DNA from: Clostridiales bacterium
Lineage (GTDB): Bacteria; Bacillota; Clostridia; Saccharofermentanales; Saccharofermentanaceae
DNA: 64,000 bases
NCBI GenBank assembly: GCA_017615325.1
Contig: JAGAAI010000074.1
Location: forward strand, 20,675-84,674
Direction of reading: 5' to 3'
Position 1 is the first letter of the stretch, and each line of letters begins with the position of its first letter. The translations under genes were made by a program, and so were the position numbers. The notes below the pieces were generated by a model that saw only the letters and a list, made by a program, of their open reading frames with translations, did no database searches and was not told where the DNA came from. This document shows, piece after piece, positions 39,708-50,569 of the stretch.

Positions 39708-39749
39708 ATCATGCCCTCCCTGTTATTCACTATCAGATATTATAACGCA

Positions 39750-41075
39750 TCATCCGACGGTTATCTTCTCGAGCGGCGGCTTTGAGAGATTTCTCGCGGG
39801 GCCCGAGAACGCGGAGAATATTATCGTAAGGCCTCCTACTCTTCCAAGGAACATCAGGACCACGAGAACCGCGCGGGATATGAGTCCCAGTTCAGGAGTG
39901 ATGCCGACTGTAAGTCCTACCGTACCTACCGCAGATGCGGTCTCGAAAAGAGCCTTAACAAAGGGTATGCCGTCAGCGAGGCTTATCACTACCGCACCCG
40001 TAAAGAAGAGTGTGATGTACATCATGAGGATCGTAGCTGCATTCCTGACGATACCGGAATCGATCCTTCTTCCGAAGAGCTGGGTATCTTCTTTTCGGGA
40101 GAAGACCGAGAAGACATTAGCAATAAGGACAGCCAGAGTGGTGGTCTTCATACCGCCTGCAGTGGAACCCGTGGATCCGCCGACGAGCATCAGTGCCATA
40201 ACAAGTCCCAGGGAGGCGCCTCTCATCGCACCGAAATCACCGGTATTGAATCCTGCCGTTCTGGTCGTAACCGTCTGGAACAAAGAAAGAAGGATCCTTC
40301 TTCCCATAGGTTCAGCTGCATATTCCGTGAAGAAGAAATAGATCGCAGGAATCACGACAAGGCATGCTGACGTGACCAGAACGATCTTGCTCTGCAGGGA
40401 ATACTTAGCAAACTTAAACTTATATGTGCGCATATCATTCCATGTAAGGAAACCGATTCCGCCTATGGTAATGAGGAGCATTACGATTATGTTGATGTAA
40501 GGATCAGACGCGAAGGATGTGAGCGACTGATACTTGCTGTCAGGGGTCCCCATAAGATCGAAGCCTGCATTGCAGAAGGCTGAGATCGAATGGAAGAATG
40601 CCATCCATATTCCTCTGGGGCCGAACCTTGATATGAAGGAAGGCATCATGAGAAGCGCGCCGGTCACTTCTATCGCACCTGTTGCGATCAGGATGAACCT
40701 CGTGAGCTTAACGATACCTCCAACCTGGTGGGCAGAGAGCGCCTCCTGCATCGTGCTCCTCTGCATGAGAGATATCTTCTTTCCCGACAGGAGCGAAAAC
40801 ATGGCAGCCATGGTAACAACACCGAGTCCGCCGATCTGGATCAGGATCAGGATAACGGCCTGCCCGAAGTAAGACCAGTAGGTTGCCGTATCGTGAACGA
40901 CCAATCCCGTAACGCAGCCTGCCGATGTGGCCGTAAAGAAAGCCTCATCGAAAGGCGTTACGACACCTTCAGCCGAAGATATGGGGAGCATCAAAAGGAG
41001 CGCTCCTAAGAGAACGAGAGCAGCAAAGCCGAGCAGTATAGTCTGGAAAGTTGATAATCTCTTTTTGACGGCCAT
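39750..41075 (-). CDS. ktrB: TrkH/KtrB-family K+ transporter membrane subunit
   Basis: 441 aa. Four pore-loop glycine motifs are present (SAGCVTGL, CNAGFD, RTAGFNTG, VGTVGLTVG). Confidence 0.85.
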   Translation of the reverse strand: MAVKKRLSTFQTILLGFAALVLLGALLLMLPISSAEGVVTPFDEAFFTATSAGCVTGLVVHDTATYWSYFGQAVILILIQIGGLGVVTMAAMFSLLSGKKISLMQRSTMQEALSAHQVGGIVKLTRFILIATGAIEVTGALLMMPSFISRFGPRGIWMAFFHSISAFCNAGFDLMGTPDSKYQSLTSFASDPYINIIVMLLITIGGIGFLTWNDMRTYKFKFAKYSLQSKIVLVTSACLVVIPAIYFFFTEYAAEPMGRRILLSLFQTVTTRTAGFNTGDFGAMRGASLGLVMALMLVGGSTGSTAGGMKTTTLAVLIANVFSVFSRKEDTQLFGRRIDSGIVRNAATILMMYITLFFTGAVVISLADGIPFVKALFETASAVGTVGLTVGITPELGLISRAVLVVLMFLGRVGGLTIIFSAFSGPARNLSKPPLEKITVG

Positions 41076-41165
41076 ATAAACCCCGTGATTTCTTACTTAA
41101 GGCCGTAACTCAAGTTACGACCTAATATAATATAGCACAATGCGTTCCTTTCAACAAAAAGATAT

Positions 41166-42626
41166 CTACAGGGTTATCTCCATATCCTCAACGCTTTCCG
41201 CAAAGCCCCGGTCGTGCTCGACGAAGAGAAGGGTTATGTCACTGTCCTTAACGAGCCTTTCGATCTCCTTACGCATATAGACATCAATGTAATTCAGGGG
41301 CTCATCCCAGAGATATAAGTCCGCCTGTTCACAGAGGGACAGGGCGATCATTATGAACTTCTTCTGTCCCAAGGACAGGGCATCAACATCGCGTGTAAGC
41401 ATCTCCTTGGTAAAGCCCATCTTAACGAGTATCGTACTGAGCTGCGTCTTGTCCGCACCGCGGTCATCAGCGATCTCATAAATAGTCCCCTTAAGTGATG
41501 AAGTATCCTGCCCGACATATGAGATCTTAAGACCCGGAGCAATATAGATATCGCCTTCTGCCGTGATACCTTCAGCTTCGCCTATGCCTGTCAGATACTT
41601 GATAAGAGTACTCTTGCCTGATCCGTTCCTGCCCTGAAGCGATATCTTGGCGCCCCTTTCTATCGTAAGGTCGATTTTTTCCGTTATCAGCTCACCATAG
41701 CGGTATAAAGATACGTCTTTCAGGATCACGGGAGTCCTGTTGTGGTGACTCGTGCCCTCTATCTTAAGTTTCTGTTCCCTCTCAAAGTCTTTGAGAAGGC
41801 CCTTTTTCTCTTCAAGCTTCTTCTCGTTGCGCGATTCCAGGTTCTTGGACAAAGACATGAGCTTTTTGGACTTGGAACCCTCGTACGCCCTCCTCCAGTG
41901 ATCCTGGGCAACCTTGGAAGGAGCCTTTGACCTGTTCTTATATGCCTCTGCCTTGTTGGACCACTGGGCATTCTTCTTCATGGCAGTCTCGATGGACGAC
42001 ATCTCTTTTTTTATCTGGTCGTTCCTCGCCTTCTCGCTTTGCATCCTCTGCTCGTTGTTGTCCCACCAGGTGGAGAAAGTCGAAGATGTAAGCTCGACTC
42101 CCGTCCTGGTGATGACGAGCGTGTGATCAGTACAGATGTCCAGGAAGTTGCGGTCGTGGGATATCAGGATAAATCCGTTCTTTGAGGACAGGTATTCAGC
42201 GACCTTCTCTCTTCCCTTTCTGTCAAGGTGATTGGTGGGCTCATCTATCAGGGGATAGAGTCCGTCCGTGGCAAATAGACCTGCCAGCATGAGCTTGGTC
42301 CTCTCTCCTCCCGACAAAGTTTCCATGGGCCTATATATTATGTCAGGATCAACATCCATCAGATTTAATTCTTTCCTGATCTTCCATTCATCACAATCGG
42401 GGAGTTCCTCAGAGGGAAAAGTCACTGTCTGAGGGACTCCGCTTATCGTGCCTGAATAAGGGAGTTTACCCTGAAGGAGCTTTAAAAAAGTCGTCTTGCC
42501 CCTTCCGTTCCTCCCGGCTAATGCAAGTCTCCAGGTCGTGTCTATCCCGATGTTAATGTTTTCGAAAAGAAGATCTTCCGATCCGTCGTATCCGAACGAC
42601 ATGTCTCTAATATTTATCAAAGCCAT
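41166..42626 (-). CDS. ABC-F family ATPase, Lsa-like (candidate ribosome-protection type)
   Basis: 486 aa. Two cassettes (GRNGRGKTT and GRNGSGKST) are joined by a charged ~80-aa linker, with no TMD. The N-terminus resembles Lsa-type ARE proteins. Confidence 0.8.
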   Translation of the reverse strand: MALINIRDMSFGYDGSEDLLFENINIGIDTTWRLALAGRNGRGKTTFLKLLQGKLPYSGTISGVPQTVTFPSEELPDCDEWKIRKELNLMDVDPDIIYRPMETLSGGERTKLMLAGLFATDGLYPLIDEPTNHLDRKGREKVAEYLSSKNGFILISHDRNFLDICTDHTLVITRTGVELTSSTFSTWWDNNEQRMQSEKARNDQIKKEMSSIETAMKKNAQWSNKAEAYKNRSKAPSKVAQDHWRRAYEGSKSKKLMSLSKNLESRNEKKLEEKKGLLKDFEREQKLKIEGTSHHNRTPVILKDVSLYRYGELITEKIDLTIERGAKISLQGRNGSGKSTLIKYLTGIGEAEGITAEGDIYIAPGLKISYVGQDTSSLKGTIYEIADDRGADKTQLSTILVKMGFTKEMLTRDVDALSLGQKKFIMIALSLCEQADLYLWDEPLNYIDVYMRKEIERLVKDSDITLLFVEHDRGFAESVEDMEITL

Positions 42627-42657
42627 ATATTACCTCCGTAATGGAAGCCCGCCGGAT

Positions 42658-42690
42658 AAATCAAAAGCCACGACCTGTGGCCGCGGCTGT
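42658..42690 (-). terminator. candidate attenuator terminator in the ABC-F leader
   Basis: Minus strand reads GCCAC-AGGTC-GTGGC followed by TTTTGATTT. The stem is short. Confidence 0.4.
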
Positions 42691-42762
42691 AAAACGCTAT
42701 ATTTCCGGAAAATGAACACGCATAAAAGATCGATCCGCAGGCAGTTTATAAGATTACCCCGA

Positions 42763-42774
42763 TCATCTCTTCAT
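42763..42774 (-). CDS. 3-codon leader ORF (Met-Lys-Arg-stop)
   Basis: ATGAAGAGATGA lies 7 nt after AAAGGAGG (42781-42788), between the promoter and the ABC-F gene. Confidence 0.5.
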   Translation of the reverse strand: MKR

Positions 42775-42806
42775 TGGTGTTCCTCCTTTTGCTTTAGTCT
42801 AAGAGG

Positions 42807-42835
42807 ATAATACAGAAGCTTCCGTTAATTGTCAA
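42807..42835 (-). promoter_or_regulatory. sigma-A type promoter of the ABC-F leader
   Basis: Minus strand reads TTGACA (42830-42835), a 17-nt spacer, then TATTAT (42807-42812). Confidence 0.7.
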
Positions 42836-42849
42836 TAAGCATGACAGCC

Positions 42850-43956
42850 TTATCTGTCGCACATCATCACGGCCATGTCGGATGCGAAGTTGGGGATGTT
42901 ATAGAGGACCAATACTTCATCGATAGCGTTTTCTTCAATGTATTTCTTGACGGTGCCGCGGAAGAACCTCATGTCGATAAGATGGGTCTCTTCAAAGTCG
43001 TCCACAGCAAACTGGGCAAAACAGTTGGCATAGGAATCCTTTAAGATCAGGCACTTGCCGGTCCCGCCGCCCTTCACGACAGTCGTTGCCTGATTGGAAT
43101 TAAGGAAGGCCGCATACTGGTCAGTTCCTTCCAGGTACTTGCGTTCGTAGATAGTATCGGTAACGTAGTCGCCTTCGTTGTAATCTACTTCGTGATCCAA
43201 AGTCTTATAGTAGGCATCGATCGTATCGTATTCTGCGAAAGGATAATTGACCTTGGCAAAAGTCGTTCCGCGGAAGTTATCGCAGAGGGTCTCGCGAGTC
43301 CAGGCATCGATGGGATCAAAATCCCTTCCCATGGCCTTCATCCATTCCGTATATGCGTAGTAGGACCCGAGACTCGTCCAGTGGTGGTCTGTCTTATAGA
43401 AGATGTATTCATCCTTGTGAGATGAAAGGACGTCCGCAACATCGACGATGTTAAGTCCCTGGCTTTTTGCATAGTCGATGACAGCCTTCTGGTCAGCGTA
43501 AGGTGCATATGCCGGAAGCTTATCAGACAGGATGGTTCCGGCTGTCGGGACCAGCATCACGTGCATATTTATGCCCTTTTTGTCCATATTGGCCTGAAGG
43601 TGCTTTAGCGCTTCGATATTTGTCTTGATCTGCTGGTCTGACAAAGTCTTATGTGTCTCGATCAGGTAACCGTCTTTGGCAAAGTAAACTCCGCCGCTTT
43701 CCTTCTTGCCGAAAGTCTTCTCCGTTAACGTCTTGACCGTGACCCAGCCGTCCCTTGCAGGGAACTGGTCCGCCAAGTACCCTTCGATCTCGTCTCCGAA
43801 TTTTCCGGTGCGGATATCTTCCCATGACACCTTGGGGAACTGCTTTAAGGTCCTCTTCTCATTCTCAGAGTAGTATTTGTCAGAGACCACGATATGCGTG
43901 ATCACTCCGGTTGCCAGGATGAGACAGAATAAGATCGTTATCACTTTATTTTTCAT
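42850..43956 (-). CDS. DHHW-motif protein (AlgJ/AlgX-like SGNH acyl-transfer partner)
   Basis: Contains YKTDHHWTSLGSYYAY. Start is set at MKNKVITILF (ATG 43954-43956), 10 nt after the MBOAT stop. N-terminal transmembrane anchor. Confidence 0.8.
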   Translation of the reverse strand: MKNKVITILFCLILATGVITHIVVSDKYYSENEKRTLKQFPKVSWEDIRTGKFGDEIEGYLADQFPARDGWVTVKTLTEKTFGKKESGGVYFAKDGYLIETHKTLSDQQIKTNIEALKHLQANMDKKGINMHVMLVPTAGTILSDKLPAYAPYADQKAVIDYAKSQGLNIVDVADVLSSHKDEYIFYKTDHHWTSLGSYYAYTEWMKAMGRDFDPIDAWTRETLCDNFRGTTFAKVNYPFAEYDTIDAYYKTLDHEVDYNEGDYVTDTIYERKYLEGTDQYAAFLNSNQATTVVKGGGTGKCLILKDSYANCFAQFAVDDFEETHLIDMRFFRGTVKKYIEENAIDEVLVLYNIPNFASDMAVMMCDR

Positions 43957-43966
43957 TAGAGTCTCC

Positions 43967-45370
<1,404 letters not shown>

Positions 45371-45376
45371 CCGTTA

Positions 45377-46063
45377 TCAGCCGCCGATCAGGCCTCCGCC
45401 ATTGCCGCCCTGATCAGGCTCGGGGATAACGGTAAGATTCTGCGGAACAGAACCGAAAAGATCCTTGATGGCAGCATCGACCTTCTCATACTCAGAGACT
45501 GCGAGCTTGGCAGCATCTTCTTCTGTTGCGTTCTCATCAGCAACAGCGCCCGCCATGATGAAGATGACAAGGTCATCTACCTTATAGAGTCTTGCACCCT
45601 CTACCTTAGCGACACCGAAAGGATACTGACGGATGTAGCTTACTGTCTGGGCATAGCTCTGATTGATCATTTCAACTGCTTCATCAGCATATCCGGCCTT
45701 GCACTTTGCAATAACGACCGAATCAACATTCAATGCGGGAACCTGAGTCTGCTTTGCAACATAGCTTTCAACCTTATCAAGGTCAAGCGCGCCCATCGGG
45801 CAGACATAGAGTTCATCCTCGGGAACATCTACAGTACAGAGGTAACCGTCACCCAGTGCGGCAGCAACTGCCTTCTCGACTGCTTCAGGTGTAACAGTTT
45901 CAGCCTTGGTCTCTTCCGTGTCCTTGGATTCTTCCGTATCCTTGGATTCCTCTGTTACCTTGTTCTCTGTCGTTGCTGTTGTCTCTCCGCCGCCATTTGA
46001 AGAACAGGCTGCAGCTGACAGCATCAAAGTGCCTGCAAGGATAAATGCCAATATCTTTTTCAT
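45377..46063 (-). CDS. lipoprotein (DUF4358-like) preceding MBOAT
   Basis: Lipobox SAAAC and a Thr/Glu-rich linker. It is the first gene of the three-gene cluster. The family name is from memory. Confidence 0.65.
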   Translation of the reverse strand: MKKILAFILAGTLMLSAAACSSNGGGETTATTENKVTEESKDTEESKDTEETKAETVTPEAVEKAVAAALGDGYLCTVDVPEDELYVCPMGALDLDKVESYVAKQTQVPALNVDSVVIAKCKAGYADEAVEMINQSYAQTVSYIRQYPFGVAKVEGARLYKVDDLVIFIMAGAVADENATEEDAAKLAVSEYEKVDAAIKDLFGSVPQNLTVIPEPDQGGNGGGLIGG

Positions 46064-46108
46064 AACGAATTAACTCCTCGTTTAAGTTGGTTTATTTAAA
46101 ACACTTGA

Positions 46109-46136
46109 ATTCTATCAATATAACGGCCTTTTGCAA
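46109..46136 (-). promoter_or_regulatory. candidate promoter of the DUF4358-MBOAT-DHHW cluster
   Basis: Minus strand reads TTGCAA-16-TAGAAT, about 45 nt before the start codon. Confidence 0.55.
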
Positions 46137-46164
46137 GTAATAAATTGACTTGTTTTGCGCTATT

Positions 46165-47064
46165 TCAGCGGTCATTTTCCATTATTTTGTACGAAGTCTC
46201 GATGCCTTTTTTCCTGAATTCATCCAATACCGTATCGATGGAGATCTTATTACTTATGGAGATTGAATAAGTCTGATCTTTCTCGTGAACATGCACGACA
46301 TGCCACTGGTTATTGGAATAGTTATCGGCTTTAGATTCCTCCACATTCGATACTCCACTTACGTCCATGACATCCCTTATTGGGCATACATGGACAATGT
46401 CCCTGTTATAGACAACATAATAGTCCTGGCCTATTACCATGAAGCCTCCGGGAAGGCTGTGGGTCGACCCTCTCATAAAGTCCAGGTTTACTTTGTCAGG
46501 ATCAAATCCTTTGACATAGAGTTCATTCTTAAGATCACCGGAGCTCTTGTATTTAATTGTCGCTTTATATGCTATCGCCCCTATCCCGAAGAAGATGAGG
46601 ACATAGAACACCGCCATGACCTGACGCGGGATAGTGATCCCTAAAACAGCCGTTTGTGGAGAGAGCCAGAGGACGGCGCCGATAAGGACAGCCAGGGATG
46701 CCATTATAAGGATCATGTTGAGGAAAGCTTTTTTCCTGTATCTGTCAAGGACATCGAACATATCCTCCCCGTCCTTGCGCTTATACATGGATTCTTTTGC
46801 CGGGTCTTCTTCACTGTCATTGATCTTGGGAAGAACAAACTTCTTAAGATGGTATCTGATGATGAGCCCCGTTATCACCGCAAAGATAACCGTGCAGACA
46901 ATTCCGGTTATGATCTCTTTTAGGGGCTGCTCAAGGATACACATGCCGATAACGACACAGATCAGCATAAGAAGAAAGACAACGCAGATCACGACATTCA
47001 ATGTCGATGTCCTGCGTTCCCTTTCGTAATAGTCTTTTGACCCTCTGTCGTGGCGGTTCCCCAT
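46165..47064 (-). CDS. hypothetical 4-TM membrane protein with C-terminal soluble domain
   Basis: 299-aa ORF, third gene downstream of the LytTR / membrane-protein pair. Confidence 0.65.
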   Translation of the reverse strand: MGNRHDRGSKDYYERERRTSTLNVVICVVFLLMLICVVIGMCILEQPLKEIITGIVCTVIFAVITGLIIRYHLKKFVLPKINDSEEDPAKESMYKRKDGEDMFDVLDRYRKKAFLNMILIMASLAVLIGAVLWLSPQTAVLGITIPRQVMAVFYVLIFFGIGAIAYKATIKYKSSGDLKNELYVKGFDPDKVNLDFMRGSTHSLPGGFMVIGQDYYVVYNRDIVHVCPIRDVMDVSGVSNVEESKADNYSNNQWHVVHVHEKDQTYSISISNKISIDTVLDEFRKKGIETSYKIMENDR

Positions 47065-47068
47065 ATGG

Positions 47069-47503
47069 TCAGTTCATCTCCCGGATCTTCTCATTCATCT
47101 TCTTTGCTTCCCTGCGGTAGTATCTGCTGAAGCAGAACCAGATAACGAATGCGACAGCCAGCTGTATAGCCGCTATGATGACTCCCTGCCGGATGTTGGT
47201 CGTATTGCCCATCCAGCCTACGGCATAAGCAACAACAGTATAGATCACACAGCCCGTTCCCATGTGGATAAGGACTTTTACCGGCATCGGCAGGCTCTCC
47301 TTGCCGTAAACGACCGTAGGAACTCCGAAGCCCAGGCCGATCAGGACACAACCTACGACCATCTTAGTGAACCTGTAATCTTCAAGACTGAACGAACCCT
47401 TGTAACCTATGTCAAAGACGATCCCCGCAAGACAGAATATCGTCATTGCCATACCGATGCTGATCACTATGCTCTTCAAAAGGTCTTTCATTGTTTCCTT
47501 CAT
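47069..47503 (-). CDS. small 4-TM membrane protein (DUF3021-like), partner of the LytTR regulator
   Basis: 144 aa with four hydrophobic helices. RBS AAGGAGG. It lies 13 nt after the LytTR gene. Confidence 0.75.
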   Translation of the reverse strand: MKETMKDLLKSIVISIGMAMTIFCLAGIVFDIGYKGSFSLEDYRFTKMVVGCVLIGLGFGVPTVVYGKESLPMPVKVLIHMGTGCVIYTVVAYAVGWMGNTTNIRQGVIIAAIQLAVAFVIWFCFSRYYRREAKKMNEKIREMN

Positions 47504-47516
47504 CTTTCTATCCTCC

Positions 47517-47954
47517 TTATAATCCGAGATATTTCTTAAAATCCTTCAAATATGTTCTTGATACATAGTCCTTGCATCCGTTCTTCATCTTCAGGAGCAT
47601 CGTCCCGCCGAATCCCGGCTCAATGCTGTCCATATAGGAGAGGTTCACAAGTGTTGACTTGGAGATCTGCATGAAGCCCTTGCCGAGCTGTTCGGCAAGT
47701 TCGTAGAGTCTCTTGCGGGACCTGAAACTCGTGCGTTCCCCGTAGATGATGGTATCACCGTTTTCGACCCTGACCATAAAGATATCCTGTGGCTTTAAGA
47801 CAACTATGTCTTCTTCATTCTGCAGGGCTGTTATCGGGGTCTCACCGGAACTGAACATATCGATCATGCGGGAGATCTCATCCGTCATCCTGTCGGTATG
47901 GATAACGGCATAAGGCTCTTTATGTTCAGGTGAGATATCAACGCTTACCTTCAT
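47517..47954 (-). CDS. stand-alone LytTR-family DNA-binding protein
   Basis: 145 aa with no receiver domain. The C-terminal LytTR-like segment is FMQISKSTLVNLSYMDSIEP. Confidence 0.8.
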   Translation of the reverse strand: MKVSVDISPEHKEPYAVIHTDRMTDEISRMIDMFSSGETPITALQNEEDIVVLKPQDIFMVRVENGDTIIYGERTSFRSRKRLYELAEQLGKGFMQISKSTLVNLSYMDSIEPGFGGTMLLKMKNGCKDYVSRTYLKDFKKYLGL

Positions 47955-48016
47955 TTCCCAAAGCTCCTTTCGGATTGCTGATCTAATGATACATCAGACG
48001 TTGAAATCTGTCCTGC

Positions 48017-48049
48017 GATTTTAGGTAACCGGCAGATTTTGGCAGGTAA
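48017..48049 (-). promoter_or_regulatory. imperfect direct repeat upstream of the LytTR gene (candidate LytTR site)
   Basis: Minus strand reads TTACCTGCCAAAATC and TTACCT---AAAATC, with TTACCT starts 21 bp apart. It ends 25 nt upstream of a TATCAT box (47986-47991). Confidence 0.35.
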
Positions 48050-48054
48050 AATGC

Positions 48055-48087
48055 AAAAAGGACTGTCTTATATAACAAAGACAGCCC
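48055..48087 (-). terminator. rho-independent terminator after the histidine kinase gene
   Basis: Minus strand reads GGGCTGTCTT-GTTATAT-AAGACAGTCC followed by TTTTTG. Confidence 0.7.
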
Positions 48088-48120
48088 TAAATGCACCCCA
48101 AAACTATTTACCGTCTAATA

Positions 48121-49800
48121 TCACCAGCGGACTATAGCCTTGAACAGATCTCCATCCACTTCAATATCAAGTTTGTGTCCTGCCGCGATAAGGCTCGTAT
48201 CGGCTATGGAAAGTCCTAAGCCTCCGCCGCTCTCTTCGCCTCTTGAATCCTCACCCTTAACGAAAGGGTCCTTGAGTGATCCCGCATTCTCTATCTTCTG
48301 ATCCGTGAAGTTTTGCATCGTAAACCCTTTTGGATCGACAGCAACTTTTACTTCTGTTCCGGATCTTGCGTATTTAGCAGCGTTGCTTACGAGATTCCTT
48401 ACGGCCTGTTCAAGGAGTTCCCTGTTGCTCGTAACATTGCCCTCCCCTTCGACACTAAACTCTATCTTATTCTTCTCGAAAAGAGTTGCTGCCGCTTTAT
48501 ACTCCTTAAGGATAAGTTCACGGACATTGATATCACTGATACCGACTGTGACCGCGCCGTTCCCGGTCTTGGAGAATTCCAGGATACTCTCTACAGTCCT
48601 GCTCATGGAATCTACGTTCTCACGGATCTTGGAAGTATAGTAGGTCCTCTTGTCGGAGTTGACATCATATTCAAGGTTCTCTGCATAAGCTGCCAGAGCA
48701 GCAAGAGGAGTCTTGAGATCATGTGCCATAGCAGCGGTCGTCTTCTTCCTGTATTCGAAGATCTCCCAGACAGCCTTTTTCCTATGATAGATGACCGTCG
48801 ATATAACGAAAGCTATGATGAGAGCTGTCAGGACCGTTATGGTAATGACAAGAGCAACTGTTAAGGGCATCAGTTTGAATACTGATATGTCGCTTATCTG
48901 TTCTGTATCAGTCGTACGGAAGCTCCAGGGATGATCCCATTCTCCCTCATCTGTTTCCCGGGTATTACGTTCTTCAAGATAATCATCATAGAAGTAATAT
49001 TTGACAGGCTCATTACTTTTAGCCGGATCCCGGTAACCCATTATATGGAAACTGAATCCGCCATCACCCTCTGCTTCTATACGTTTATATCCTTTGGTGT
49101 CAGAAGGCGTGCAGTCGACCGTACATTCCGGCTCCCCAAAAGAATCCAATCTGCAGATCTTTGCTTTGCCGGGGATAAAACGGTGTGTATTCTCGTCAAG
49201 ATACAGATTTTCCCAATTATATTCGTAATGGCCGGCAAGAAGGCCCGCACGTGTCGCGAATAAGCGCAGCTCACTTTCCAGATTGGGCATGTAACTATTT
49301 ATATATATGTCATTAATCCTACGGATATTAACTTCAGGATCATATTTCCCGTTTTCGCATGATGCAAGCGGAGCAAGATAAGATGCATCTTCAAGGAAAT
49401 CGAATTGGGTATGCCCGTCTTCACCATCGGTTAAGCAGGCTGCATAAAGACCTTTGGGGGTCTCCATTATCTTCTCATCACCGATATAGACTGCACCGTA
49501 TTCACCTGTTACATATGAAAACCATATCAGATACCATTCCAGAACGTTATAGCATCTGTCACGGTTTTCATCATCAGCCTCATAATAATTCTTGAGGCAT
49601 TTTACTGCATTTTCCACCCTGTAATATTTGATATCTTCAGCATCAGATAAATACTGATCCCTTAAAGAAAAGATTATGCAATACGATGCTATCGAGCCTG
49701 CCAAAAGGCAGCTTACCAAACAGACTGCAAATATCGCAAGAAAGTTCGGCTTTTTGATAGTCCGCATCTTAAGGGTATTATTTCCTTTTTTGTCATTCAT
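48121..49800 (-). CDS. sensor histidine kinase with large extracytoplasmic domain
   Basis: Two transmembrane segments flank a ~280-aa loop. H-box MAHDLKTPLAAL, N-box RNLVSNAAKYA and G-box GGGLGLSI are present. Confidence 0.85.
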   Translation of the reverse strand: MNDKKGNNTLKMRTIKKPNFLAIFAVCLVSCLLAGSIASYCIIFSLRDQYLSDAEDIKYYRVENAVKCLKNYYEADDENRDRCYNVLEWYLIWFSYVTGEYGAVYIGDEKIMETPKGLYAACLTDGEDGHTQFDFLEDASYLAPLASCENGKYDPEVNIRRINDIYINSYMPNLESELRLFATRAGLLAGHYEYNWENLYLDENTHRFIPGKAKICRLDSFGEPECTVDCTPSDTKGYKRIEAEGDGGFSFHIMGYRDPAKSNEPVKYYFYDDYLEERNTRETDEGEWDHPWSFRTTDTEQISDISVFKLMPLTVALVITITVLTALIIAFVISTVIYHRKKAVWEIFEYRKKTTAAMAHDLKTPLAALAAYAENLEYDVNSDKRTYYTSKIRENVDSMSRTVESILEFSKTGNGAVTVGISDINVRELILKEYKAAATLFEKNKIEFSVEGEGNVTSNRELLEQAVRNLVSNAAKYARSGTEVKVAVDPKGFTMQNFTDQKIENAGSLKDPFVKGEDSRGEESGGGLGLSIADTSLIAAGHKLDIEVDGDLFKAIVRW

Positions 49801-49811
49801 GAGATCCTCCT

Positions 49812-50483
49812 TCAGACGGCTTTGTAACCGCCACCCCTTATGGTCTTGATCTGATCTCCTGAACGGCCCAGCTTATGACGGATGTTCTTTATGTGGGTAT
49901 CTACGACCCTGTCACTTCCGAAATAATCCACACCCCACACGAGATCCAGAAGCTGCTGCCTTGAGAGAACGTGGCCTTTGTTCTCGAGCAAGGCCTTAAG
50001 GAGGAAGTATTCCTTGCAGGCAAGATCTATCTCTTCTTCACCTGCGAACACCTGCATTCTTGAAGGATAAAGTCTGATGTCGCCTGAAGCTAAGACCCTC
50101 TCCTTATCCTTCTTGCCCATCCTGTCCAGAAGGACCAGGCATTTGGTATAAAGGATCATGAGAGAGAAGGGCTTTACGATATACTCATCGGCACCCATCT
50201 CGTAGCCTTTGAGTATATTGTCTTCAGTTCCGAGCGACGTAAGAAAGATGATCGGACAATCGCTCTTCTCACGGAGTCTTTTGCAGATCATGTAACCTGA
50301 TGGTCCGGGAAGCATGATATCCAGAATGACGATATCGTAGTCGTTACAGCTTACGGCCCTCATTCCTTCTTCGCCGCTAGCCGCTGACTCAACAGTTAAA
50401 GCACCCTTGCTCCTGTCCGCAAAAAAGTCCGTGACAGCTTCTCTGATCTGAACTGAATCTTCAACGATCAAGACTTTAGCCAT
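49812..50483 (-). CDS. OmpR/PhoB-family response regulator
   Basis: Receiver domain (DIVILDIMLPG) plus a winged-helix output domain (VDTHIKNIRHKL...IKTIRGGGY). Confidence 0.9.
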   Translation of the reverse strand: MAKVLIVEDSVQIREAVTDFFADRSKGALTVESAASGEEGMRAVSCNDYDIVILDIMLPGPSGYMICKRLREKSDCPIIFLTSLGTEDNILKGYEMGADEYIVKPFSLMILYTKCLVLLDRMGKKDKERVLASGDIRLYPSRMQVFAGEEEIDLACKEYFLLKALLENKGHVLSRQQLLDLVWGVDYFGSDRVVDTHIKNIRHKLGRSGDQIKTIRGGGYKAV

Positions 50484-50569
50484 CCTTTTGCAACCTCCTT
50501 ACGGACAATGATATTAGACTTTTGTGTGTTCTGTGTGTGGTTTATGTGTTGTGTTTATGTTTTCTTGAA

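Noticed and set aside
41076-41165. c-di-AMP (ydaO-type) riboswitch upstream of ktrB
   Set aside because: The intergenic region is only 90 nt. It contains one simple hairpin (GGCCGTAAC/GTTACGACC) and AT-rich promoter-like sequence. It is too short and lacks the pseudo-twofold motif.
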